Part shown: one piece after another, positions 11,161 to 23,792 of the stretch | Numbering within the stretch: position 1 is the first letter of the stretch | Layout of the letters: the number at the start of each line of letters is the position of its first letter | Assembly: GCA_040285825.1 (NCBI GenBank) | Contig: JAUPSS010000005.1 | Coordinates: 1,612,001-1,676,000, forward strand | Length of the DNA: 64,000 nt | Direction: 5' to 3' | DNA from: Eukaryota sp. TZLM1-RC | Lineage: Eukaryota; Protista; Metamonada: BaSk clade | Notes under the pieces: generated by a model | What the model was told of the DNA's origin: nothing | Seen by the model: the letters and a program-made list of their open reading frames with translations, nothing else | Database searches by the model: none | Position numbers and translations under genes: made by a program

Positions 11161-14100
11161 ATGAGTTTCTTCTCTTTGAATGTTCCTTGTGCTGAACAGG
11201 AGATTTCTGCAGAAGATGAACTGTGTTCTGCTCTTGTTGCGGAGCTTTCTTCCCTGAGTGCTTCTAGTTCCAGGGTTATGTGTAGTTCTTTTACAACTTA
11301 TAGAAATATGTTTTCTGGGGGACTATCTACAAACTCATCTTCTAAACCTGTGTCATCTAGAACTCGGAAAGGGGTTTTCGGGCTCAAACGACATCATTCT
11401 TCTACTTTGAGTCCCAGAAAGAATGTATCTTGTTCACCGGTACCATCATCATCTGGAAAATTAACAGCTGTAATGAGTCCACAACCACAGAAGGCTTCAA
11501 CTCCAATCTTAAGCAGCAAATTTTTTGCAAATTATATCGAGGAGGAACCGAATAGAAACTCAGATATGACTAGAAAGAAGTCAGGTACAGACATCCAATA
11601 TGAAAATAACACAAGTGTCGCTAGTTTTACAGGTTTTGGTGTCACTGCTCCTTCAACCAATGACAAGAAAGCTGATGCTCCTGCTTTTGGTACCACGTCC
11701 ACTAGTGACAATAAGGAAAGTGTTTCTAGCTTTGCAGGTTTTGGTGTCACTGCTCCTTCAACCAATGACAAGAAAGCTGATGCTCCTGCTTTTGGTACCA
11801 CGTCCACTAGTGACAATAAGGAAAGTGTTTCTAGCTTTGCAGGTTTTGGTGTCACTGCTCCTTCAACCAATGACAAGAAACCTGATGCTCCTGCTTTTGG
11901 TACCACGTCCACTAGTGACAATAAGGAAAGTGTTTCTAGCTTTGCAGGTTTTGGTGTCACTGCTCCTTCAACCAATGACAAGAAAGCTGATGCTCCTGCT
12001 TTTGGTACCACGTCCACTACTGACAATAAGGAAAGTGTTTCTAGTTTTGCAGGTTTTGGTGTCACTGCTCCTTCAACCAATGACAAGAAGGCTGATGCTC
12101 CTGCTTTTGGTACCACGTCCACTAGTGACAATAAGGAAAGTGTTTCTAGCTTTGCAGGTTTTGGTGTCACTGCTCCTTCAACCAATGACAAGAAACCTGA
12201 TGCTCCTGCTTTTGGTACCACGTCCACTAGTGACAATAAGGAAAGTGTTTCTAGCTTTGCAGGTTTTGGTGTCACTGCTCCTTCAACCAATGACAAGAAA
12301 GCTGATGCTCCTGCTTTTGGTACCACGTCCACTACTGACAATAAGGAAAGTGTTTCTAGTTTTGCAGGTTTTGGTGTCACTGCTCCTTCAACCAATGACA
12401 AGAAGGCTGATGCTCCTGCTTTTTGGTACCACGTCCACTAGTGACAATAAGGAAAGTGTTTCTAGCTTTGCAGGTTTTGGTGTCACTGCTCCTTCAACCA
12501 ATGACAAGAAAGCTGATGCTCCTGCTTTTGGTACCACGTCCACTACTGACAATAAGGAAAGTGTTTCTAGTTTTGCAGGTTTTTGGTGTCACTGCTCCTT
12601 CAACCAATGACAAGAAGGCTGATGCTCCTGCTTTTGGTACCACGTCCACTAGTGACAATAAGGAAAGTGTTTCTAGCTTTGCAGGTTTTGGTGTCACTGC
12701 TCCTTCAACCAATGACAAGAAAGCTGATGCTCCTGCTTTTGGTACCACGTCCACTAGTGACAATAAGGAAAGTGTTTCTAGCTTTGCAGGTTTTGGTGTC
12801 ACTGCTCCTTCAACCAATGACAAGAAAGCTGATGCTCCTGCTTTTGGTACCACGTCCACTAGTGACAATAAGGAAAGTGTTTCTAGCTTTGCAGGTTTTT
12901 GGTGTCACTGCTCCTTCAACCAATGACAAGAAAGCTGATGCTCCTGCTTTTGGTACCACGTCCACTAGTGACAATAAGGAAAGTGTTTCTAGCTTTGCAG
13001 GTTTTGGTGTCACTGCTCCTTCAACCAATGACAAGAAACCTGATGCTCCTGCTTTTGGTACCACGTCCACTAGTGACAATAAGGAAAGTGTTTCTAGCTT
13101 TGCAGGTTTTGGTGTCACTGCTCCTTCAACCAATGACAAGAAAGCTGATGCTCCTGCTTTTGGTACCACGTCCACTAGTGACAATAAGGAAAGTGTTTCT
13201 AGCTTTGCAGGTTTTGGTGTCACTGCTCCTTCAACCAATGACAAGAAGGCTGATGCTCCTGCTTTTGGTACCACGTCCACTAGTGACAATAAGGAAAGTG
13301 TTTCTAGCTTTGCAGGTTTTGGTGTCACTGCTCCTTCAACCAATGACAAGAAAGCTGATGCTCCTGCTTTTGGTACCACGTCCACTAGTGACAATAAGGA
13401 AAGTGTTTCTAGCTTTGCAGGTTTTGGTGTCACTGCTCCTTCAACCAATGACAAGAAAGCTGATGCTCCTGCTTTTTGGTACCACGTCCACTAGTGACAA
13501 TAAGGAAAGTGTTTCTAGCTTTGCAGGTTTTGGTGTCACTGCTCCTTCAACCAATGACAAGAAAGCTGATGCTCCTGCTTTTGGTACCACGTCCACTAGT
13601 GACAATAAGGAAAGTGTTTCTAGCTTTGCAGGTTTTGGTGTCACTGCTCCTTCAACCAATGACAAGAAACCTGATGCTCCTGCTTTTTGGTACCACGTCC
13701 ACTAGTGACAATAAGGAAAGTGTTTCTAGCTTTGCAGGTTTTGGTGTCACTGCTCCTTCAACCAATGACAAGAAAGCTGATGCTCCTGCTTTTGGTACCA
13801 CGTCCACTAGTGACAATAAGGAAAGTGTTTCTAGCTTTGCAGGTTTTGGTGTCACTCCTCCCTCAACCAATGACAAGAAAGCTGATGCTCCTGCTTTTGG
13901 TACCACGTCCACTAGTGACAATAAGGAAAGTGTTTCTAGCTTTGCAGGTTTTGGTGTCACTCCTCCCTCAACCAATGACAAGAAAGCTGATGCTCCTGCT
14001 TTTGGTACCACATCCACTAGTGACAATAAGGAAAGTGTTTCTAGCTTTGCAGGTTTTGGTGTCACTGCTCCTTCAACCAATGACAAGAAAGCTAATGCTC

Positions 14101-15287
14101 CTGTTTTTGGTACCACGTCCACTAGTGACAATAAGGCAAGTGTTTCTAGTTTTACAGGTTTTGGTGTCACTGCTCCTTCAACCAATGACAAGAAAGCTAA
14201 TGCTCCTGCTTTTGATACCACGTCCACTAGTGACAATAAGGAAAGTGTTTCTAGCTTTGCAGGTTTTGGTGTCACTGCTCCTTCAACCAATGACAAGAAA
14301 GCTAATGCTCCTGTTTTTGGTACCACGTCCACTAGTGACAATAAGGCAAGTGTTTCTAGTTTTACAGGTTTTGGTGTCACTGCTCCTTCAACCAATGACA
14401 AGAAAGCTAATGATCCTGCTTTTGATACCACGTCCACTAGTGACAATAAGGCAAGTGTTTCTAGTTTTACAGGTTTTGGTGTCACTGCTCCTTCAACCAA
14501 TGACAAGAAAGCTGATGCTCCTGCTTTTGGTACCACGTCCACTAGTGACAATAAGGAAAGTGTTTCTAGCTTTGCAGGTTTTGGTGTCACTGCTCCTTCA
14601 ACCAATGACAAGAAAGCTAATGCTCCTGCTTTTGATACCACGTCCACTAGTGACAATAAGGCAAGTGTTTCTAGTTTTACAGGTTTTGGTGTCACTGCTC
14701 CTTCAACCAATGACAAGAAAGCTGATGCTCCTGCTTTTGGTACCACGTCCACTAGTGACAATAAGGAAAGTGTTTCTAGCTTTGCAGGTTTTGGTGTCAC
14801 TGCTCCTTCAACCAATGACACCTTCAGTGCCTCGACCAATCCCAATGGTCTTTTTGCTTATGCTACCAGTTCTCCATTCAGTACCAATTCTGGTGGCATT
14901 GCTCCACCAACACAGCCCAAATCCAATGTCAGTGGTTCTGTTGGTAATATGAGTTTAATTGGAAATTCCAACCCACCTAGTGATATTCAAAACACTACAC
15001 TTTCACCACTTGCTTCCAACTCCTATACTAACCCCAATACATCTGTTCAATCCAATACTACACAGTCCACAAATCCACCTTCTTTTGGAGGAGGGTTTGG
15101 TACCCGTAGTGTCATTGGTGGTGGATCTGCATTTGGTGGAGCTTCAGGATTCAGCGTGGCATCAGCATTTGGTTCAGTTAATAACAACCAGACTTTTGCA
15201 AGCATGATGGGGTCCAACCAATCTCCTTTTGCAACAGCTTCAGCAAATTGTAGTAGTAATCCAGTAACAAGTCCATTTACCAAATAG
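11161..15287 (+). CDS. FG-repeat nucleoporin-like protein (Nup1/Nup153/Nup214-type architecture), ~1373 aa after correcting five single-T insertions
   Basis: 35-aa unit SVSSFAGFGVTAPSTNDKKADAPAFGTTSTSDNKE; FG/SAFG-rich C-terminus; extra T in T-runs at ~12420, 12580, 12896, 13473, 13684; 4127-5=4122 nt = 1374 codons. Confidence 0.8.
11615..14820 (+). repeat. Coding tandem array of 105-bp units (~30.5 copies)
   Basis: AGGTTTTGGTGTCACT recurs 31 times at ~105-bp spacing; units nearly identical, diverging toward the 3' end. Confidence 0.97.
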
Positions 15288-15404
15288 TTTATGTTTATAT
15301 TTTTGTTTTTCTGTATTCGCTTTTTGGTTTTTTAAGCAAAACTGATCTGTTTGATGTGTTTTTTATTCGTTTCATTGTTTTTATTATTATTATTTTTATA
15401 AAGT

Positions 15405-16727
15405 TTTTTTATTTTTTTATTTTTTTTATTTATTTATTTTTAAAATCAAATCATTTTCTACGAAGAATCAAATAAAACAAACTAAAACATATAAGAAACT
15501 AAATTCTCCACGCCAACTCTTGATGAATTCTTATAAAGTTTGGACATCATTAAACTCAAGTATTTGGGAACACTTCTGTACAAAGCGAAAATGATACGAT
15601 TTTTCCATAAATTCTCTGCAAAATTCTTACAACTTGAACGACATAAATTACCAAAATCTTTGATGAAATTCATGGCGGATTGTCCAATGTTGCCAAAAAT
15701 CGAAAAGGCAAAAGGAACAAACGAAAACTTCGAATAAAGGTTCTTATTTAAATCATTTAATATCTCAGTATATTTATCTCTCTTACGATCTTCAGCCTTG
15801 TTTAAATGACCATTAGTACTAAGTAAAACATCATCGCGATAAACCAAAGCAAAGGGATCAACTGTAGTGAAATCAACAACAACTTGAGAGGAATCCACAA
15901 AAGGAGCAATTAAATCACCTCGACGTGAATTAAAAAGATTATCATCACTATAATGCTTCAACAAAGGTTCTACTTTGCAACTAAAATTGTAACACTTGAA
16001 CATCTCATATGTCACATCACGAACGGCATTATGAAGAACTGACCTATATTGGAGAAATTTCTTACAGCTTACAATATGACGAAAATTGGCAGTAGGTTTT
16101 TTGTTACAAATTCAATAAGAATTGTCCAAAAGACCACTTGGATACATCCCTAATCTCAACCGCATGTTTTGTTTCCAAGCTTCATTTGTTAAGTGAAGAC
16201 CAAATGGCCTTGGTTGCTGAGATATTAAACTAGTACAGTTCTGAATGTCTGATAAAAAAGCAGCAAATACGGGATTATTAATCTTAGTCACACTAAGTCG
16301 TTTAGAAAAATCCAGGTCTTCAAAACCAATAAGAACAGACTTCTGTAATTTCACAACAGCAAGATGAAGATTGGTGAAAGATCTCGAAGGCACAGTAGGC
16401 AAACTTGAAGGAAAACTCCTAATCCAAACATCAACAGGTAGTTCTTGCACCATTTTGTCAAGAGAAATTAATAAAGGATGTGATTCATTCAAAGGAATAT
16501 GATTAAAACGAAGTTTCCATTCAAAAAGAAAATTTTTCATACCACCAATAAAAGCACTTTTGCATAAATACTCTGCTTTTGAAAAACCAACTACACCAAA
16601 TTTAGGACTAAAAAATGCATGATAAGGAATTTTAGACGGACAAACTTCTACTAAATTTCCTAAGAAATTTGTTCTCAAAGTATTGAATTGACGTGCAAAA
16701 TCATGAGAAAATGTGGGAGATAAAGAA
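15405..16727 (-). mobile_element. 5'-truncated CRE-like non-LTR retrotransposon, subfamily C copy 1
   Basis: MRLRLG, CCHC knuckle..LHNAVRD, RLE motifs RRGDLI..VVDFT..AEDRKRDKY..FVPFAFSIFG; A-rich tail at ~15405-15440. Confidence 0.88.
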
Positions 16728-19181
16728 CTTTTTTTTATTTATTTTTTTTATTAAAAAAATGACAAAACATAACAAAACAAATTAAAACACATAAGAATCT
16801 AGCCCACTATTTTCAACAATTAATTGTTTTGAAAATTAATCCTCCATTTGAATTACTCGCAGCACGTCTGATTGTTTTAGTAAAGCCTGGAAACGGAATC
16901 AAACCTGATGGAATACGCCCAATTGCTGTTGGTGAATCTCTTTCTCGTTTGCTGGCATCAATTGTCTTCGATCGTGTCAAAGACAAACCTTCTACATTTT
17001 TGAATCCTCATCAATTTGGAATCAAAACAATTGATGGTGCTTCTGTTGCTGCTATTGCCTCTGATACCTTTTTTATGCAGAGGAAAATAATTTTATTTTT
17101 AATCTCGACTTTAAAAATGCTTTTAATTCTGTAAAGCGAGAAGCAATTTTTGAAGTTATTAAATCTGATTTTGCTGAGCTATCGAGTTTTTTCTACCATT
17201 TTTATGGGAAAGAATCAGATTTAATTTTTAATTCATTTGGTCTTACATCATCTTCTGGTGTGAAGCAAGGTGATCCTTTAGGCCCGTTATTGTTTTGTTT
17301 AGCTATTCACAAAACTTTAAATAGCATTAAGCAAAAATACCCTTCTACAAAAATAGTTGCTTATATGGATGATATATCCTTGATTGGTTCATTTAATTTA
17401 CTAGAATTGGTTGCTCAAGAAATTGCCGATTCATATGAAAATATTGGGCTTCATCTTAATGCCAGCAAATGCTTTCTGATTGGCTCTTCTGCTCAAGACC
17501 TCGTGATAAACGATTCTATTGTCCCTTTTACTAATTATAGTAGTGATGCTTTTAAGTTCCTTGGTTGTTGGTTAGGAAATGTGCCTCAAATTCAGAATGA
17601 ATTGCAATTTATTTTGGAAAAATTGAAAATTGAACTAGATTCAATTTCTTCTTTAGATATAGAAAAGCATATTAAATTTTTCATGCTTAAAATTTGCTAC
17701 ACTGGGAGAATAATCCACATTTTGAGATCTTGTGCTCCTTCCATAGCATTAGATTTTTGTCGTTGTTTTAATTCATTAAGAACAGAATTTTTTGCTGATT
17801 TATTGGATGTAGAACCAGGAATGTTGAAAAGTCACTTATTTTCTTCAGCAAATTTGGGTGGTATTGCATTTACTAAATCTTCAATTTTGTGTCAATCAGC
17901 ATTCTTGGGTAGTGGCAAAAATTAAATTTATGAATTTTCTCGTAGATTTCCTGATGATTCTCATCTGTTAGTCCCTAATTGTAGTCTCTACTGGTATGAG
18001 TTATCTTGTGAACTTGAAAAATTACCGCCACAAATTTGAACCAAATGCTTTCCCCATTCAATTTAAGAAACTCCAAACCGATCTCTGTTTAATTTGCAGT
18101 TTTGCTGTAAAAAACTTCAACAAAAATTGTCAAAGATTTTTGAAAGCTTGGATTTTGATGTTAGACTTGGCTTGGCCAAAAAAAATCCCGCTTTTGCAAA
18201 TCTTTTACAAGATATGTGTGACAGTACTTCTTCTGCCTTAGTAACAACAATTCCACAAGTTTATGGTACTCTCTTATCCGATTCTGCTTGGACTATGAAT
18301 ATCAGATTTAGTTCCTTTATCTGGCCTGATAATTTACCTCATAATTGAATGTGTAAATGTTCTCGAGAAATTACAACTACTCATTTGTTAAATTGTAAAC
18401 ATTTTATTACTTTTAGAAGCAAGGTTCATGATGCTGTAAGAGACCAGTTATATTGTATGTGTAAATCTCATAGGATTGAATCCTTCTTGGAACCTTTGTT
18501 GTCAAATCTGTTTGATGCTGAAAATGATTTTCATAAGAATAATAGAGGTGATGATATATTACCTGGATTAGATGGAAGTTTCATTTTATTGGATGTAATG
18601 TCTGTTGATCCTTGTAATGCCTCAAATGAAAGGCTTGTTCATTCTGAAATTCATAATCCTCTTTCAAATGCTGAAAATTTCAAACTCAAAAAATACAATG
18701 AAGCTTTGTCCAAATTGGCCAGTCTACAGCATGCAAAATACAATTTGTATCCATTCGTATTTTCCCTTTTTGGTTCACTTTCACCAACAGCTTTACGTTT
18801 TTTGGATGATTTTGAAATGATTGTAAAGAGAAGAACTGGCAGAAATTTCAACAGATTGTTTTGGCAAAATAGAATTGTGTTTTCTATTTTTAAGGGGATG
18901 TTGAAGATGGTTTCTGATGCTTTGCTTTCTCTTGGATCTCACTATGAGAGAGTTGCATCTAGTGTTTTTGTTTTGGGAGAGATGGATTTTTTAGATGTTG
19001 ATTTATAGGTTTAGAATAAAATTAAATTCAAAAAAAACACATAAGAAACAAAATTCTCCACGCCAACTCTTGATGAATCCTTATACAGCGTGGACATCAT
19101 TAAACTCCAGTACTTAGGAACACTTCTGTACAAAGCGAAAATGATACGATTCTTCCATAAATTGCCTGCAAAATTCTTACC
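16728..19181 (-). mobile_element. Very short subfamily C copy 2 (16728-16797 plus 19034-19181), split by a subfamily B insertion
   Basis: Both halves match the 3' end and tail of copy 3 (19182-19380); AAAACACATAAGAA duplicated at 16784-16797 and 19034-19047. Confidence 0.8.
16798..19033 (+). mobile_element. 5'-truncated CRE-like non-LTR retrotransposon, subfamily B (RT + zinc knuckle + RLE), defective
   Basis: RPIAVGE, HQFG, LDFKNAFNSV, GVKQGDPLGPLLFCL, AYMDD, FLG, CKC..HLLNCKH..HDAVRD, RGD..LDV..AENFKLKKY; premature stops at 17923, 18038, 18346; AATAAA + poly(A); 14-bp TSD. Confidence 0.92.
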
Positions 19182-19943
19182 TTATTTTTTTTATTTTTTT
19201 ATTAAAAAAAATGACAAAACATAACAAAACAAACTAAAACACATGAGAAACAAAATTCTCCACGCCAACTGATGAATCCTTATACAGCTTAGACATCATT
19301 AAACTCAAGTATTTGGGAACACTTCTGTACAAGGCGAAAATGATACGATTCTTCCATAAATTCCCTGCAAAATTCTTACCAGTTGAACGACATAAATTAC
19401 TAAAATCATTGATAAAATTCAAGGCGGACTGTCCAATGTTGCCAAAAATCGAAAAGGCAAAGGGAACAAACGAAAACTTCGAGTAAAAATTCTTATTTAA
19501 ATCATTTAATATCTCAGTATATTTATCTCTTTTGCGAACTTCAGCCTTGTTTAAATGACCATTAGCACTAAGTAAAACATCATCACGATAAACAAAAGCA
19601 AAGTGATCAACTGTAGTAAAATCAACAACGACTTGAGAGGAATCCACAAAGGGAGCAATTAAATCACCTCGACGTGAATTAAACAGATTATTATCACTAT
19701 AATGCTTCAACAACGGTTCTACTTTGCAACTAAAATTGTAACACTTGAACATCTCATATGTCACATCACGAACGGCATTATGAAGAACTGACCGATATTG
19801 AAGAAATTTCTTACAACTAACAATATGATGGAAATTGGCAGTAGGTTTTTCGTTACAAATACAAACAGAATTATCCAAAAGACCACTTGGATACAGCCCC
19901 AATCTCAGCCGCATGTTTTTTTTCCAAGCTTCATTTGTTAAGT
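19182..19943 (-). mobile_element. 5'-truncated CRE-like element, subfamily C copy 3
   Basis: ORF 19234..19914 with CIC..HHIVSC..LHNAVRD and RLE motifs; A-rich tail 19182-19210. Confidence 0.9.
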
Positions 19944-20028
19944 TAACACCATGTTATTATATTTTTATTATTATTTTTATTTATAAAGTTTTTTATTTTT
20001 TTTTATTTTTATGTAGTTGATTTATTCG

Positions 20029-20724
20029 CTACATTAACGATGAAATCTTTTCTGCCAACTCTCTCAAGTTATGAACTACTACATTAGGACATGGGACAAA
20101 TCCAAAACAGGCCACACTCTTTGGATGTCTGGCAACTCGAACAACTTTCATTGCTGGAATATGTGCCACTTTTGCTGCTCCACAAGAAAAACCACTACCA
20201 GAGACAAAGACTAAGTGTGATGGATCATCCAACTCATCCTTGAATCGGTTAGCAAGATGCTTGATGGGATCTACACTTGGAAGCAAAGCCGGATGGTCTT
20301 CAGCTGATTCAATGTAATCAATGTACTGATTGATGTTGTTTGCTTCCAAAATCTCAGTCGTAAACTTGACAGTGAGAGGAGAATACAAGGCAATTTTGAA
20401 ACCTTTTTCTCGTAGTTCAATGAGGGTATCGTCAACATCATCAAACAACTTGGCCCTGTGTAGTCTTTCCACCACCTCTTCCATCTGTTCCATTGAGAAA
20501 TTGAGGTCTAGATCAAACAATGCCAATTGCAGGGCATGTAGACATAGATTTTCGAATTTTGTAAATTTTCGTAATGACGAAAGGTATAATGAAAGAATGT
20601 TGATGTGTCTGTGAGTTACTGTGGCCAGCGTTTGGTGGTGATCTGTGTAGTCCCGAAGTATGAAATCGAGGGCAGAATGGTCTGGAAATGTGTTCCAAAA
20701 GTCAAAGACGACGATCTTTGGCAT
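20029..20724 (-). CDS. HAD-superfamily hydrolase (haloacid dehalogenase type II-like)
   Basis: IVVFDFWNT motif I, LFDDVDDTLIELREKGFKIALYS, LVFVSG..GAAKVAHI. Confidence 0.8.
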   Translation of the reverse strand: MPKIVVFDFWNTFPDHSALDFILRDYTDHHQTLATVTHRHINILSLYLSSLRKFTKFENLCLHALQLALFDLDLNFSMEQMEEVVERLHRAKLFDDVDDTLIELREKGFKIALYSPLTVKFTTEILEANNINQYIDYIESAEDHPALLPSVDPIKHLANRFKDELDDPSHLVFVSGSGFSCGAAKVAHIPAMKVVRVARHPKSVACFGFVPCPNVVVHNLRELAEKISSLM

Positions 20725-21235
20725 TGTGATAAGAGTTGTGTGAATGTTGTGGGAGAGTTTATGCTAAGTTTAGAGGATTTCAAGAAGGGTATCTACTGTA
20801 AAGGTTTACAGTATTTGGTTTATAATGTGAATTGACTTTGACAAAAATAATATGCTCTTCAAGCATTCTGAATTTTTCAGGTATTAATTAAGATTTTTGA
20901 CAAATCTGATATACGGTGATTTGTTCAAAAAAACACATTAAAACAATCAAAAGCAATAGATACGTCCGCAAATCAGCATTTTCACAGTTACAACATTGAT
21001 ATTTGCAAACAAAAACTGAATGGTTTGGAATGTCTTCAATGTATTGTATCCATTTGTTTACTGTCATGTTTTACGTTTAATTTATGAATTTTTTATTAAA
21101 TTGTGAGAGCTTTCATCCATTACGGTTTGTATTTCCATTTTGGTCAAACTTTTTTATACTTTGACATTGTCGTTACCTTCAGTGATGCTTTCGACTAGAA
21201 CCTGTGTGTTTGTTGAAAAGTATGAACTCTAACGG

Positions 21236-21480
21236 CTATACGTTTTTTGGAAGATTTTGAAGTGATTGTAAAGAGAAGAACTAACAGAAATTTCTACAGA
21301 TTGTTTTGGCAAAGTAGAATTGTGTTTTCTATTTTGAAGGAGATGTTGAAGATGGTTTCTCTTGCTTTGCTTTCTCTTGGATCTCAATATTAGAGAGTTG
21401 CATCTAGTGTTTTTGTTTTGGGAGAGATGGATTATTTGGATGTTGATTTATAGGTTTTTAATAAAATTAATAATATAAAA
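21236..21480 (+). mobile_element. 3'-terminal relic of CRE-like subfamily B
   Basis: Closely similar to 18790-19030 including stop and AATAAA; internal stop. Confidence 0.85.
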
Positions 21481-21529
21481 ATACATTGTCAAGAAAGAAT
21501 CGATCAAAAAATCCACTAATTTAGATATT

Positions 21530-22050
21530 TCCCTTTTTAAAGATCATAAAGTAAAACATGGAAGACTTTAAAAGAAGAGCAAGTAGAGAAAGGTCAGACA
21601 TGCTCAAAAAATTCCTGAAGTTAACCAACATATGAACCGTTTCAGTGACGGTGACTTAGTTTTGCAATTAAAAACTAATGGTGAACTCTAGGGCCGTTAC
21701 ACTGACCTTTCTCTCATTAAAGAAGTGAAATCCATCAAAAGTTGACTACTCAAAAATCTAGTGACAGGTTCAACTTTGACATCAAGCACTAATCATTGTA
21801 AACCATGTCATTACCTCATTCCGTACCCTCATTACCTCATAAGATATTGTTAGACATATCAACATTGTTGTCAGTCATATAACAGAGTCTGTGTTTGTTA
21901 AAACTATAGAACACTTTGATTTTATAGACTCGAACATCACCAAAGTTCTTGATTATTCTGCGGTTGAATATGGCTGTCAAACTTACTATGTTCTCAGAGG
22001 ATGAGGTCAAAGGAACCGAGGCACGCCAAACATATTTCTGTCCCTGTTTC
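21530..22050 (+). pseudogene. Decayed integrase C-terminal/chromodomain relic related to family-1 LTR element
   Basis: Colinear similarity to ~6975-7480 (CCTGAAGTTAAC, GGTGACTTAGTTTTGC, AATCATTGTAAAC, CACTTTGATT..TCGAACA) with many stops and indels. Confidence 0.8.
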
Positions 22051-22494
22051 GGTCTCTGTTTTCATTCTTCCAAGATCACAAATGTTCTGTTCAATTCACC
22101 AATACTTGTGTACAAAATTGAATTCAAGCACCCTGACACTGCTGAATTTTCTTTTTAGATATTGTTGAGCAACTATTTCATCACATAGCAGTGTTTGGTC
22201 TAGATCATCAGTAATAACTTGATCCATGCTGTCACAATTTAATTTAAAATAATCATACACTGGTATGGGTTCCCGCTATTTTTGACACAATAATGATTTA
22301 CAACCACCAGTTTTTCACGTTTTGGTCACAGTCAATAGCCGTCAGTTGAGCATTGACCTCTTCTTCAATCTTGTATTGTTTTCTAAATCAACGTTAGCTT
22401 TTATTGTTTTCTCAATTATTAAACTTTTTTGTCTTGACAGTAATAAACACGCCCTTTTGTACTGTCTAATCTTCAATCTTTTTTTTCCGAACTA

Positions 22495-22962
22495 CAATAA
22501 ACGGTTTAATTACTCTGGTCCCGACTAATTTCCATAGTAGTTTTGATGTCGACCATATAACTATTAGTCTGGTCCCGACTAAATTAAATCCCGACTATAT
22601 TCCATTTATTTCTATTAGTTTGGACCAGACTAATTCATCATGTAGTCAATTAGTCGGGATTTTTTTTCATTAGAACACAACAATCAAGACCTAAATTTTA
22701 TACCCATTGTAACCTATAACCTATTCTCAATCATTCCCCATCACTATCACTATCGGGCCAAGTTTTACCTGATTTTCATCATTCGATGGAGGCCGTTGTG
22801 CTTGGAGTCTTTCAAGGTCGTTTAGTATTGGGGATCCTAGAACCATAAGATGTAATTTGTGTGACTCAGTGTTGAATAAACTAATGTCTCTTTTTCTGCA
22901 AGAAAATAAGAATTACTCTGGACCAGACTAATAAAAATCCCGACTAATTAAACCGTTTACTG
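22495..22962. mobile_element. MITE, Tc1/mariner-pogo type, 468 bp
   Basis: TIR CA(A/G)TAAACGGTTTAATTA at both ends, TA on both flanks (22493-4, 22963-4), ~7 subterminal (TC/AC)C(C/A)GACTAA repeats, no ORF. Confidence 0.85.
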
Positions 22963-23489
22963 TAGTTAGAAATGCATACTGGGAAACTTATTGAGAAGTA
23001 GGAATTTGAAGTTTACTTTCAACCTCTTTTAGTGCCTTAGTATTTGCGTAATGGTCTTCACTCCAATTGATTCTTGGCCTTTCATAATATATGAATTGGT
23101 GATTTCATTTTCTGATGGCTGATAAATGTCAATTTTTAATGACGAAAATGAACACGGGAAGCATAACAGGGTTTCTTCTAGCACCAACTAGTACTATTCA
23201 TCTGGATTTTTTCTTCCTTGTCTTATTTTTCCTTCAATTAACTGATTTCTACGAAAATGCACTCTCTTTCATCACAACTGGGAATCAATTTATAGATTGA
23301 CTTATGAACACCACCACTTTTGATCAACTCTTTCCATCACTACCCACTTGACTTATATGGTAGTGAATTCGCAAATGTAAAGTGATGTGGTGAACTTGCT
23401 TTTTACTTTGTGTGTTTTTGGTGATTATCCATCCCGAAACATCTTATTTCCTTGTCTAAATACAATTTTATCACGAAAGACTGTTTTCA

Positions 23490-23645
23490 ATTTAATTTTT
23501 TTATTTTGAAACGCAAACAAAACAACTTAACAAAAAACTAGAACTCACTATCCGCAATACAAGCATCAACATCATCAAACCTCTTCAATGCGCGATTATC
23601 ATACTCTATTCCTAATTGTAACAGTGCTTTGGTTATAACGAAATA
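23490..23645 (-). mobile_element. 3'-terminal relic of a CRE-like element (A-related subfamily)
   Basis: Translates ITKALLQLGIEYDNRALKRFDDVDACIADSEF*, homologous to ISKALLAIGVEYERNAVSRFSNSDACLEDIEF* (58169..58357); A-rich tail. Confidence 0.75.
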
Positions 23646-23792
23646 CACTGCGGGTAATACATGTTTAACACAAGATGTGCACCCCAAAGTACATAGAATT
23701 TTTGAGAAAACTTCCTTATGAAGGAAGAGAGGTAGTCTTATGACGTTGCAGATTTTATTTATTTTTATTTTTCTATTTTTAATATTGTTTAT

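Noticed and set aside
12415-13690. Programmed frameshifting or phase variation in the FG gene
   Set aside because: All five shifts are +1 T in T4 runs, the same pattern as in the young LTR element; long-read homopolymer error is simpler, though unverified
11615-14820. CRISPR-like regular array
   Set aside because: No unique spacers; the whole unit repeats and is coding; eukaryotic context
11532-14952. Long alternative-frame and antisense ORFs (MVPRPLVTIRKVF.., MSLVEGAVTPKPAK..)
   Set aside because: Shadows of a 105-bp unit that happens to lack stops in those frames; only the FG frame joins unique N- and C-termini
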